From NCBI GenBank assembly GCA_030654175.1, contig JAURXZ010000049.1:92334-156333 (forward strand): 64,000 bases of DNA, read 5' to 3'. The translations under genes were made by a program, and so were the position numbers. Source of the DNA: Bacteroidia bacterium (lineage in GTDB: Bacteria; Bacteroidota; Bacteroidia; 2-12-FULL-35-15). Below the pieces are notes generated by a model that was not told the DNA's origin, ran no database searches, and was given only the letters and a program-made list of their open reading frames with translations. Below are positions 18,253 through 28,346 of this stretch, one piece after another. Positions within the stretch are counted from its first letter, which is position 1, and each line of letters opens with the position of its first letter.

Positions 18253-20427
18253 TTAAATTCGTATACCGATCACTAATATATCATCGATCTGTTCACGAGC
18301 CCCTCTCCATTTTTCTATAAAATCAGAAAGAAAAATTTCCTGTTCGGTCATTGATTTTCGCTGTACGCCTATAAGAAGCTCTTTGAATCGGGACGTCATT
18401 AATTTATTGTCTATATCGCTGAATTGGTCAGCATATCCATCAGAGGAAATATAAATACATTCTCCTTTCGATAATGAAATTTTATGATTTGTAAATTTCC
18501 TTTCTGTTTCAGATTGCCAGCCACCAATAGCAAATTTGTCACCTTTTGTTTCTGTTAATTGTGGGAGCATTTCATTATCAATTAGTAATTCTCCATTATC
18601 AATTTTTCTTACGATCCACAAAGGTCTTTGTGCACCTGCAAATTCAATTTCTGTTTGGCTATTAAAAGTAATAATGGCAATATCCATTCCGTCCTTCGTT
18701 TCATTTTGTTCTTCCTGATTTAATGTTTTTCGGATTTCTTTGTGCAGGTGATTCAGTATTTCGTCAGGAGAAGTAATTCCTTTTTCATTCACGATCTGAT
18801 TCAGTATATTGTTACCGATCATACTCATCAAAGCTCCAGGTACCCCGTGTCCGGTGCAATCGCAAGCTGCAATTATTTTTTTATTGTTCTTTTCAGCAAA
18901 CCAAAAAAAATCTCCGCTTACAATGTCTTTTGGTTTAAATAATATAAATGAATCCGGAAAAAGTTTGTTTTTCAGTTCATTTGAAGGAAGGATGGCTTCC
19001 TGTATCGTTTTAGCATAGTTGATACTATCAGTAATGTCTTTATTCTTTTCTTCAATAACCTTTTTTTGTTCAACAATTTCCGAAGTACGTTCTTTAACCT
19101 GAATTTCAAGTGTTTCCTTTTGTGTTTCTAATATTTTCTGCTTTTCTTTTTCCTGTTCAATGCTTTTTTCTGAAAGGGTTTCAACTTCAACAAGTTTTTT
19201 CTCCAGATTGTTATTCGTCATTGCGAATTGCCTTGCAAGGTATACCGACATAGAGACAGGAATACTTATCAATGCCAGAAAAATCAAAACAATAAAAAAA
19301 ATGGAATGAATTGAAAAATTGCTATTCGCCATAATTACAATAAGAATAAACCCTAAAAAAAGCAAGAAAATAAGAGATCCTGTTCCAATGATCCATGCAC
19401 CATCTATTTTTTTTCTGATGGACTTGATGACCATAAAGAACGAAGCTACAACTGTACTTATAATGAAACTAAAAAGTAAATATTCTGTAAAATTGTTGTT
19501 ACGGAAAATCAATGCAATGAGCAATGCGATCAAAATTAGAGTCGAGAACCAAAAATATTTGGTGACTGGCCTTTTAAAGAGAGAATAATGCAGTACAAGC
19601 AGGGCATAAAAAAATGAGCTCAGAAAAAACCAAAAATAGTAATTGAGTGTTATGGTGAGCTCGGGGTTAAATGAATTGAAGCTGATTGTTGGAATAAAAA
19701 AAATGGATCCAAATAAAAAAACAAATATGCTATAGTACAGATTTGTTATATGTTTTCTATAAAAGAGAAAAAACAATAGGTGCACAAAACCCAGCGATAA
19801 AAAGAATATTCCAAGTACCACAGCAATTGAAGTAATAATAATGCGGGTAACAAATTTTTCTTTAACGGAATCGTCTTGTTTGGCAATTTTGATTGTGAAG
19901 CCCGGATTATTTGTATGGTATTTTTCAAAATAGTTTTGATAATCTAAATTAGAATACCTTATTGCCAGGATGTGCTCTCCTGCCGTAGCATTACTGAAAG
20001 TAAGAGGGATTTCGTTTGGATTGTATTTTTTTTCTGTATTTGGATTTGCAGAAACCGTTCCCAACGAATGAATAAGTTTACCATCCAGAAAAATTTGTGA
20101 TGCACCATCCTGGTTCACCAATAGGGCCAATGGTGTATCCTTTAAAGAAGAATCTATGTAAATATGAATCCTGAACCAGCCAATGCCTTTGAAATCAGTT
20201 GAATCGTTTTCATCAAATTTTAAACTCGTATTTATTGTACCCCAGGTGCTATCGTTAAAATATGAAGATGCCCAGGTAGAATCATCTCCATTGTGGAATT
20301 TCCAGAATTTATCAAGAGCAATTGTCTCGATAGAATCTATTTTGGGTATCCTTAAAACATTTTTATTTTGAGCCGGCAGTAAAGCAGCGATTGAGAAGAA
20401 ACAAAGTAAGAGAAGGATTTTTTTCAT
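18253..20427 (-). CDS. 7TM receptor with 7TMR-DISMED2 domain and PP2C/SpoIIE phosphatase (paralog 2, tandem duplicate)
   Basis: Same architecture as 16040-18247. The coiled-coil and phosphatase segments are near-identical at the protein and DNA level. Confidence 0.8.
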   Translation of the reverse strand: MKKILLLLCFFSIAALLPAQNKNVLRIPKIDSIETIALDKFWKFHNGDDSTWASSYFNDSTWGTINTSLKFDENDSTDFKGIGWFRIHIYIDSSLKDTPLALLVNQDGASQIFLDGKLIHSLGTVSANPNTEKKYNPNEIPLTFSNATAGEHILAIRYSNLDYQNYFEKYHTNNPGFTIKIAKQDDSVKEKFVTRIIITSIAVVLGIFFLSLGFVHLLFFLFYRKHITNLYYSIFVFLFGSIFFIPTISFNSFNPELTITLNYYFWFFLSSFFYALLVLHYSLFKRPVTKYFWFSTLILIALLIALIFRNNNFTEYLLFSFIISTVVASFFMVIKSIRKKIDGAWIIGTGSLIFLLFLGFILIVIMANSNFSIHSIFFIVLIFLALISIPVSMSVYLARQFAMTNNNLEKKLVEVETLSEKSIEQEKEKQKILETQKETLEIQVKERTSEIVEQKKVIEEKNKDITDSINYAKTIQEAILPSNELKNKLFPDSFILFKPKDIVSGDFFWFAEKNNKKIIAACDCTGHGVPGALMSMIGNNILNQIVNEKGITSPDEILNHLHKEIRKTLNQEEQNETKDGMDIAIITFNSQTEIEFAGAQRPLWIVRKIDNGELLIDNEMLPQLTETKGDKFAIGGWQSETERKFTNHKISLSKGECIYISSDGYADQFSDIDNKLMTSRFKELLIGVQRKSMTEQEIFLSDFIEKWRGAREQIDDILVIGIRI

Positions 20428-20789
20428 TGTTCTTCAAATATAATACATTATAATTTTATGAAGGAAAAAATGGTAGAATTCATTCTCGCTGAAATTTAAT
20501 ATACATTTCAATGCCACTGATTTTACTTATTAGTTTTTATAGGGAATGTTATCCCGATCCTGTTTTTACAGGAGAGGGATCTTGTCAATTATTGGCAGGA
20601 TTATTAAAAAAAAGCAGGATCCCTCCTTAGAAACTAGGGATAAAAGAAGGATACTCTTTCGCGAGATTAGAGCATACGTAGCACATTCAGTGTCAAATTA
20701 AAATAAAAGGGTATTTATCCAACATTATAATTTTTTTCTCGTACAAATGAATAATCTTTTGAAAAGCTCCAAACTTAATCCAGAAAGAT

Positions 20790-23700
20790 ATGAAAAACTC
20801 TACTATTAATTCCCGGATACTTTGTTGCAAATGGTTAATAGGATTGTTACTTGTTGTTTTCTTTTTTAGTGATTTTCAAAAGCTACAAGCGCAATGTACA
20901 GCACCTGTTGCGAACTCATCACCGTCTTCTCAAACTATTTGCTCCGGAACTTCCCCCTCAATTGTTTTGTCAAGTAATATTTCTGGAACCACTTTTTCAT
21001 GGACAGTTCTTCAAAATGGCGTTTCAGGTGGCAATAATTTTTCTTTAATAACATCACAAATTTTAACTGCAACCGGCACTAATGCCGGTACCGCTGTGTA
21101 TACAGTCACTCCCTCTGCTAATGGTTGCACAGGTTCACCCATAACAGTTACTATAACTGTTATGGGCGTAGTAAGCGGTGGTACCATTGCTGCCGCTCAA
21201 ACAATATGCAATGGAGGAGACCCCGCTGCTTTTACAGAAAGTACGCCATCTAGCGGTTCCGGTACACTTACATACGAGTGGAAATTCAGCACCGATGGGT
21301 TTGCTGCGACTTTGGCAACAACTCCAACGTATGATATTCCAGCAGGTGTGAATGCTTCTGCCTATTACAGGCGAATAACTACAAATACATTAAACGGCTT
21401 AAGTTGTACTGTTAACAGTAACGATATAATAGTTACAGTAATTTCAAAACCAACTGTACTTACTGTGAACCAGACTTTATGCCCTCCTGCAACTGCGGAT
21501 ATTACCTCACCATCAGTTACCTTAGGTTCCACTGGTGGCTTAACCTATTCTTACTATACAGATGCCTTGGCAACAATTTCTTATGCCACTCCTTCAGCCG
21601 CAACAGCTGCAACATATTATATTGTTGGCATAGCTGGAGGAGGTTGCTCTGATACAACAGCAGTAAGTGTAACTGCAAGCCAATTTCCTGTTGCTATCGC
21701 TAGCCCTTCTTCTCAAACTATTTGCGATTGCGGTGTAGCTGCGATAGCATTGTCAAGTAATATTTCTGGAACCACTTTTTCCTGGACTGTAATGCAATCA
21801 GGAGTTTCCGGAGCTTCGGCTGGATCTGGGAGTACAATAGCACAAATGTTATGTACAACTGGTCCTTTTGTAAGTAATGCAATTTATACAATTACCCCTA
21901 CTGCTAATGGTTGTGTAGGAAATTCAATAAATGATACGATAACAATTACCCCATCCCTTAATGTTATTGCTACACCTCAGGCACAAACTGTATGCTCTGG
22001 AAATAGCACATTAATTGCTTTAAGCAGTAATGTCTCGGGTACTGTCTTTTCATGGACCGTGGCTCAAACAGGCGTTACAGGTGGTGCTACAGGAACAGGT
22101 AATACAATTTCACAATCATTATCAACCACCGGGACTATTGCAGGAACTGCTGTTTATACTATTACTCCTTCGTTAAACGGATGTGCCGGAACTGCTATTA
22201 ATGTTTCAATTACCATTAATATTAATGATGATGCATCTTTTTCTTACCCATCAGCAACCCATTGCCAAACAGGCACTAACCCAACACCATCTATTACTGG
22301 TTTGGCAGGAGGTGCATTTTCATCAAGCCCAGCTGGTTTACAAATTAATTCATCAACAGGTATAATTGATTTAGCAACAAGTTCACTGGGTACATATTCT
22401 GTTACCTATACAACAAATGGTATTTGCCCGAATACAAATTCAATAACAATGACGATTACGGTCGCACCTTCTGCGAGTTTCAGTTATACAGGTTCTCCGT
22501 TTTGTAAAAATGTAAATAATCCTTTTCCAACATTTGCTTCAGGCGCAAGCGCGGGTGCATTTTCTGCTATTCCTACAGGCTTGGTTTTTGTAAATGTGAA
22601 TACAGGTGAGATTGATTTAGCGGCAAGTATGTCAGGAACCTATACCATTACTAATACCATTCCTGCAAATGGGGGATGTGCCGCTGCAATCGCAACAACT
22701 ACGGTTATAATAAACGCTATGGATGATGCAGCTTTTGCTTATTCATCAGGAACCTATTGTACATCCGGTACTAATCCAAGTCCCACAATAACGGGCTTAG
22801 CCGGAGGAACGTTTTCATCTGTTCCGGCAGGTTTATCAATTAATCCATCAACAGGTACAATCAGTTTATCTACAAGTTCATTGGGTGCATATACCCTTAC
22901 CTATACAACAAATGGTAATTGCCCAAATACTAATTCATCAACTAATACTGTTATAGCCACACCATCCGCTAATTTTAGTTATTCGGGTTCTCCATTTTGT
23001 CAAAATGCAAATAATTCATTTCCAACATTCGGTTCAGGTGCAAGCGCTGGTACATTTTCATCTACTCCTTCAGGCTTGGCTTTTGTAAATGTGAATACTG
23101 GCGAGATTGATTTATTTGTAAGCCTACCGGGAACCTATACAATTACAAATACAATACCTGCAAATGGTGGATGTGCCGGTGTAATCGCGACAACTACAAC
23201 TACTATAATTCCTATGGATGATGCTTCTTTTACATATTCTTCAGGAACCCATTGCACATCAGGCAATAACCCAAGTGCAACAATAACTGGATTACCCGGA
23301 GGCTCGTTTTCATCTGTTCCGGCAGGTTTAACAATTAATCCATCAACGGGCATGATTGATTTAGCACTAAGTGCAGCAGGCACATATTCTGTTACCTATA
23401 CAACAAATGGTAATTGCCCCAATACAAATTCTATAACTATTACTATTACAGTTGCTCCTTCTACAAATTTCAGTTATTTCGGTTCTCCGTACTGCCAATA
23501 TTCAAATAATCCATTGCCAGGATTCGGCTTTGGTGCAAGCGCAGGTATATTTTCAGCCACTCCTTCAGGTTTAGTATTTGTAAACGTGAATACCGGCCTG
23601 ATTGATATAGTTTTAAGCGCCCCCGGCATTTATACTATTACAAATAACATTCCTGCAAATGGAGGATGTGCCTCTGCAAGTTCAACGGCTATGATTCAAA

Positions 23701-25109
23701 TTAACAGTTGCGGTATAATAACCGGTTCTGTGTATAAAGACAATAATGCCAATTGTATAATGGATTCAGGCGATCTAGGCATGTATCATATTCCTGTAAA
23801 GCTATATGACAATAATAATAATTTCTTAAGCATAAGATACCCTTGGAATGGTAGTTATCAATTTTTAGCACCTTTAGGAACTTACTCAGTTAAAATTGAT
23901 ACTGCAAACCTTCCATTTACGGTTCAATGTCTTTATCCGGGAATTGATACTATCCTTAACTTAACCGGTGGAAATCCAGCAGCTACCAATGTTAATTTTG
24001 GAATTGTTTGTAAATCAGGGTTTGATGTGGGGGTTGGTGGGGTGTTTCCATCTGGAACTGTTTTTCCTGGAGTACAGCATAAATTGCAGATTGGCGCAGG
24101 TGATATGGTCCAAATGAATTGGTATTGGTATAATTTTAGTTGTGCAGCAGCAATTAGTGGCCAGGTGCAGGTTACAGTGACTGGTCCTGTCACATATAAT
24201 GGCATTGTTCCAGGGGCACTTACGCCATCTGTATCTGCTAATGTCTTTACTTACTCCATAGCAGACTTTGACCAAATAAATAATTGGCAAGATTTCAGAT
24301 TAAAGTTTACCACAAATACTTCTGCACAAGCAGGAGACCAAATATGTGTGAATGTTGTCGTTACGCCAACCATTGGAGATAATAATGTAAGTAACAATAC
24401 CTTTTACTTTTGCTACCTCGTTGGGAACTCCTACGATCCCAATATGAAAGAAGTATATCCTGTAAATGTAGCACCAGCTTACCAGGATTGGTTTACCTAT
24501 ACTATTCACTTTCAAAACACAGGCAATGCTCCTGCTATGAATATTCGTTTAGCAGATACACTGGATGCTAATTTAGATTTTGAAACATTCGAGGTAATTA
24601 ATTACAGTGATTCAATAGACGTTTCATTGGATAATAATTTGCTGAATTTCCATTTTCCAAATATTATGTTACCTGATAGTACCAGTGATCCTGAAGGTTC
24701 TAAAGGCTATGTACAATATCGTGTAAAGCCGAAAGCAAATTTACCGGCCGGTACACAAATAAAAAATACAGCCTATATTTATTTTGATTACAATGCCCCT
24801 ATTGTGACCAACACTACAATAAATGAATTTGTAGAGCCTGCTTCAATAAGTGAAAATAAATCATCAGGTACTTTAAGTGTATATCCAAATCCCGGTAATG
24901 GTAAGTTTAAAATACAAATGGACAATGGACAATTATCAATGGACAATTATCAATTATCAATTTATAGTGTTCTCGGAGAGAAAATTTTTCAATCTGAGAT
25001 CAAAAATCTGAAATCCGAAATTGATATAAGCCATCAGCCGAATGGCATTTATATCATAAGAGTAAATGATGGTATTCAATCGCTAAATCATCGTTTAATA
25101 AAGCAGTAG
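20790..25109 (+). CDS. Large repeat-rich secreted protein with C-terminal T9SS type-A sorting domain
   Basis: Signal peptide. At least eight Cys-containing Ig/PKD-like repeats. DUF11-like 'conserved repeat' region (YDPNMKEVYP...HFQNTGNAPA). C-terminal T9SS sorting domain (SVYPNPGNG...GIYIIRV). Confidence 0.8.
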   Translation: MKNSTINSRILCCKWLIGLLLVVFFFSDFQKLQAQCTAPVANSSPSSQTICSGTSPSIVLSSNISGTTFSWTVLQNGVSGGNNFSLITSQILTATGTNAGTAVYTVTPSANGCTGSPITVTITVMGVVSGGTIAAAQTICNGGDPAAFTESTPSSGSGTLTYEWKFSTDGFAATLATTPTYDIPAGVNASAYYRRITTNTLNGLSCTVNSNDIIVTVISKPTVLTVNQTLCPPATADITSPSVTLGSTGGLTYSYYTDALATISYATPSAATAATYYIVGIAGGGCSDTTAVSVTASQFPVAIASPSSQTICDCGVAAIALSSNISGTTFSWTVMQSGVSGASAGSGSTIAQMLCTTGPFVSNAIYTITPTANGCVGNSINDTITITPSLNVIATPQAQTVCSGNSTLIALSSNVSGTVFSWTVAQTGVTGGATGTGNTISQSLSTTGTIAGTAVYTITPSLNGCAGTAINVSITININDDASFSYPSATHCQTGTNPTPSITGLAGGAFSSSPAGLQINSSTGIIDLATSSLGTYSVTYTTNGICPNTNSITMTITVAPSASFSYTGSPFCKNVNNPFPTFASGASAGAFSAIPTGLVFVNVNTGEIDLAASMSGTYTITNTIPANGGCAAAIATTTVIINAMDDAAFAYSSGTYCTSGTNPSPTITGLAGGTFSSVPAGLSINPSTGTISLSTSSLGAYTLTYTTNGNCPNTNSSTNTVIATPSANFSYSGSPFCQNANNSFPTFGSGASAGTFSSTPSGLAFVNVNTGEIDLFVSLPGTYTITNTIPANGGCAGVIATTTTTIIPMDDASFTYSSGTHCTSGNNPSATITGLPGGSFSSVPAGLTINPSTGMIDLALSAAGTYSVTYTTNGNCPNTNSITITITVAPSTNFSYFGSPYCQYSNNPLPGFGFGASAGIFSATPSGLVFVNVNTGLIDIVLSAPGIYTITNNIPANGGCASASSTAMIQINSCGIITGSVYKDNNANCIMDSGDLGMYHIPVKLYDNNNNFLSIRYPWNGSYQFLAPLGTYSVKIDTANLPFTVQCLYPGIDTILNLTGGNPAATNVNFGIVCKSGFDVGVGGVFPSGTVFPGVQHKLQIGAGDMVQMNWYWYNFSCAAAISGQVQVTVTGPVTYNGIVPGALTPSVSANVFTYSIADFDQINNWQDFRLKFTTNTSAQAGDQICVNVVVTPTIGDNNVSNNTFYFCYLVGNSYDPNMKEVYPVNVAPAYQDWFTYTIHFQNTGNAPAMNIRLADTLDANLDFETFEVINYSDSIDVSLDNNLLNFHFPNIMLPDSTSDPEGSKGYVQYRVKPKANLPAGTQIKNTAYIYFDYNAPIVTNTTINEFVEPASISENKSSGTLSVYPNPGNGKFKIQMDNGQLSMDNYQLSIYSVLGEKIFQSEIKNLKSEIDISHQPNGIYIIRVNDGIQSLNHRLIKQ

Positions 25110-25197
25110 AGGGCGAAGCGAAAAAAATGTTGAACTAAGATATTCAAAGTTGTTGGCAAGTATATATTAATGTATTCGAACTTTCTTTCAATGTAAA

Positions 25198-25319
25198 ATG
25201 CTGCGTTAGGGATTCCTTCGACAAGCGCTCAGGATAAATTTCGCGGAAATCCTTTTCTCCTTAGAAAAGATTGAAGCGTAAAGCCCGCCCCTTTCTTTTT
25301 TCAAGAAAGGAGAACGCCC
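25198..25319 (+). repeat. Copy C of the dispersed structured intergenic element, plus orientation, with a 33-nt insertion in the first hairpin loop
   Basis: Conserved blocks retained; the insertion sits between GGGATT and AAATCC. Confidence 0.8.
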
Positions 25320-25392
25320 AAAGAATTAAAATTTAACAGTCGGAATTATTTCCTAAAATTTTAAATCAAATTATATTTGATAATATATAATT

Positions 25393-26676
25393 TTACGAAT
25401 AAAAAATATATTCCTGCAACATATAGCACAAAGCCCCGGCAAAGTAACCAATGGCCGCTAACCATGCTATTTTTTTTAAATACCACATAAAATCAATTCT
25501 TTCCATACCCATGGCTGCAACACCTGCTGCAGAACCAATAATTAAAATACTTCCACCTGTACCGGCACAATATGCTAAAAATTCCCAAATGTATGAATCA
25601 GTAGGATAAGAAGTTAGATCATACATCCCCATTGAAGCAGCTACAAGTGGCACATTATCAACAATTGCTGATAATAATCCGATGGCAGGAACTATAATAT
25701 TGAGGTTACCTATTCTTTCATTCATTACTTGTGCAAGTGTTGCAAGTTGTCCGGTTGATTGCAATGCAGCAATGGCGATCAATATTCCCAGAAAAAATAA
25801 AATGCTTGGAACATCTATTCTGCGTAATGCGTGCACTACTGATAAGGCATCCTTTTCTTCTTCATCTTTTTGACTATGTATCATTTCAGTTACAACCCAT
25901 AAAATACCTAGAGATAATAAAACTCCCATGAATGGAGGGAGATGGGTAATTGTTTTAAAAACCGGAACAAAGATTAATCCGCCTAATCCGGTGAAAAATA
26001 TAATATTTCTTTCATTTAATGTTAGGGTTATGCCTGTTTTTATTGGTGTTAAAACAGATTTAGTGATGTTTCCTTTTAATTTAAATGAAGCAATGATCAA
26101 TGGAACAATTAAACATATTAAACTAGGTGCAATAAGTTTTGCAATTATATTTGATGCTGAAACTTGTCCTCCAATCCAAAGCATGGTGGTGGTCACATCT
26201 CCAATAGGGCTCCAGGCTCCGCCTGCATTTGCAGCAATTATAACCATCCCTATAAAAAATAAACGATCCTCCCTGTTGTCAATTAATTTTCGCAGCAGCG
26301 AAACCATCACAATGGCTGTTGTTAAATTATCAAGTAAAGCGGATAGAATAAAGGTGATGAAGCAGATGATCCAAAGTAATTTACGTTTATTGAGGGTGGT
26401 AATGTTTGTGGTTATTATATCAAAACCATCATGTGCATCAATCAATTCTACAATGGTCATTGCACCCATCAGGAAGAAAAGAATTCCGGATAATTCGCCT
26501 AAATGTCCAGTAAGCTGTTCGGTTATCAGGTGTTTATCGCTGCCAAAAAGGATATAAACTGTCCAGCAAAATACTCCTGTAAGCAAAGCGGTTGCCGTTT
26601 TGTTTATTTTTATTGAGTGCTCAAAGGCAATTGCTAAGTACCCTAGAATAAATATGCTGATAATGATCAAATGCAT
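25393..26676 (-). CDS. NhaD/ArsB-superfamily ion transporter (probable Na+/H+ antiporter)
   Basis: 427 aa, polytopic. Two internally repeated transporter halves typical of the ArsB/NhaD/CitMHS fold. Confidence 0.6.
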   Translation of the reverse strand: MHLIIISIFILGYLAIAFEHSIKINKTATALLTGVFCWTVYILFGSDKHLITEQLTGHLGELSGILFFLMGAMTIVELIDAHDGFDIITTNITTLNKRKLLWIICFITFILSALLDNLTTAIVMVSLLRKLIDNREDRLFFIGMVIIAANAGGAWSPIGDVTTTMLWIGGQVSASNIIAKLIAPSLICLIVPLIIASFKLKGNITKSVLTPIKTGITLTLNERNIIFFTGLGGLIFVPVFKTITHLPPFMGVLLSLGILWVVTEMIHSQKDEEEKDALSVVHALRRIDVPSILFFLGILIAIAALQSTGQLATLAQVMNERIGNLNIIVPAIGLLSAIVDNVPLVAASMGMYDLTSYPTDSYIWEFLAYCAGTGGSILIIGSAAGVAAMGMERIDFMWYLKKIAWLAAIGYFAGALCYMLQEYIFYS

Positions 26677-26792
26677 TGCTTAATAGTATTTTTTGTTTGT
26701 AAAAATAGTAAAACTGAATCCATATTTTTGGATTTATAAATAAAACTTGTATATATTTGGAATTCATTCAAAAATTTTAAAATCAATATTCT

Positions 26793-28286
26793 ATGGCAAA
26801 CATAAACATTAAAAAACCTCTTCATAAACTGATGGTGGAAGCCTCTGATGATGAAAAGGGATTGAAACGTACACTTACAGCCGGAAATTTAATTGCATTA
26901 GGTATTGGAGCAATTATTGGGGCGGGCTTGTTTGTGAGAACAGCATCAGCAGCTGCTAATAATGCCGGTCCATCAGTAACAATAGGTTTTATTGTTGCAG
27001 CAATTGGTTGTGCATTAGCCGGTCTGTGTTATGCTGAGTTTGCTTCTATGATACCTATTGCTGGTAGTGCTTATACTTATTCTTATGCAACGATGGGTGA
27101 ATTGGTTGCCTGGATCATCGGTTGGGATCTGGTGCTGGAATACGCTTTGGGGGCAGCAACTGTTGGGATCGCCTGGAGTGAATACCTGAATAAGCTGTTG
27201 GAATATTTCGGGATGCGAATACCCTATGAATGGTGCCATTCTCCTTTTGAAAAGTTAACAGATGCGGCCGGAGTGGTAACCAGTCATGGTATGATGAATA
27301 TTCCTGCGTTGTTTATTATTATTTTACTTTCATTCCTCCTTATAAAAGGTACAAAAGAATCAGCATGGGTAAACGGTATAATTGTAATTACTAAAGTTGC
27401 AATTGTAATATTGTTTATTCTTTTTGGCTGGTCATATATTAATCCGCTTAATCATACTCCATATATTCCTGAAGCTACTATTTACACTGATTCATCGGGA
27501 CTAGACCATAGTTATGGTGGAATAATGGGAATATTAGGTGCTGCAGGTGTTGTGTTTTTTGCCTTCATTGGTTTTGATGCTGTTTCAACGGCTGCTCAGG
27601 AAGCAAAGAATCCTAAGCGTGATATGCCTATTGGTATATTAGGTTCATTGGCAATTTGTACTATATTATATATTTTATTTGCACACGTTTTAACAGGCGT
27701 TGCATCGGTTGATGATTTTAGAAATAACGGACGTGAAGCATCTGTTACCTATGCTATAAATACATATATGCTTGAGTATGGTTGGCTTGCTAAATTAGTA
27801 ACTGTTGCAATTTTGGCAGGTTTTTCTTCTGTTATTTTGGTAATGTTAATGGGGCAATCCCGTGTGTTTTATTCAATGAGTGTGGATGGTCTTGTGCCTA
27901 AAATGTTTTCTGATCTGCATCCTAAGTACAGAACCCCTTATAAATCTAATTTATTCTTTTTAGGATTTGTAGGAATATTCGCAGCTTTTGTACCGGGTGA
28001 TATTGTTGGAGATATGACAAGTATCGGAACTTTATTTGCCTTCATTTTAGTATGTGCAGGGGTATGGATCATGCGTGTGAAAAATCCGGATGTTCCCCGT
28101 CAATTCAAAACACCTTTAGTACCTCTTGTTCCAATTTTAGGAATAATTGTTTGTGGTGCAATGATCTTTGGATTAGGCTGGCCAAATTGGGTAAGATTAG
28201 GTATTTGGATGGTGATAGGCATCATCATTTATTTTGCTTACGGTATAAAAAACAGTAAATTAAATAATCCGGATAAGGATAAATAG
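26793..28286 (+). CDS. APC-superfamily amino acid permease (cationic amino acid transporter-like)
   Basis: 12 predicted TM helices; glycine-rich TM1 (ALGIGAIIGAGLFV); 497 aa. Confidence 0.85.
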   Translation: MANINIKKPLHKLMVEASDDEKGLKRTLTAGNLIALGIGAIIGAGLFVRTASAAANNAGPSVTIGFIVAAIGCALAGLCYAEFASMIPIAGSAYTYSYATMGELVAWIIGWDLVLEYALGAATVGIAWSEYLNKLLEYFGMRIPYEWCHSPFEKLTDAAGVVTSHGMMNIPALFIIILLSFLLIKGTKESAWVNGIIVITKVAIVILFILFGWSYINPLNHTPYIPEATIYTDSSGLDHSYGGIMGILGAAGVVFFAFIGFDAVSTAAQEAKNPKRDMPIGILGSLAICTILYILFAHVLTGVASVDDFRNNGREASVTYAINTYMLEYGWLAKLVTVAILAGFSSVILVMLMGQSRVFYSMSVDGLVPKMFSDLHPKYRTPYKSNLFFLGFVGIFAAFVPGDIVGDMTSIGTLFAFILVCAGVWIMRVKNPDVPRQFKTPLVPLVPILGIIVCGAMIFGLGWPNWVRLGIWMVIGIIIYFAYGIKNSKLNNPDKDK

Positions 28287-28346
28287 TATTAGTGAAATTT
28301 TAAAAAAAGGACGGTTCATTCCGTCCTTTTTAATTTATCAATAAAT

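Noticed and set aside
20560-20630. Imperfect inverted repeat aggagagggatc ... gatccctcctt with a ~40-nt loop between the divergent 7TMR and T9SS genes
   Set aside because: The stem is short and imperfect and the loop is long and AT-rich. It is not distinguishable from chance in a 360-bp AT-rich promoter region.
24918-24963. Tandem DNA repeat considered as a possible CRISPR or minisatellite
   Set aside because: It is in-frame inside the T9SS cargo CDS, has only 2.5 units, and has no spacer-repeat regularity. It is kept only as a possible slippage tract.
25928-26557. 209-aa plus-strand ORF, fully antisense to the NhaD-like transporter gene
   Set aside because: It lies entirely inside a confident membrane-transporter CDS on the opposite strand and has a low-complexity, stop-poor AT-rich frame. 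This is a typical shadow ORF.
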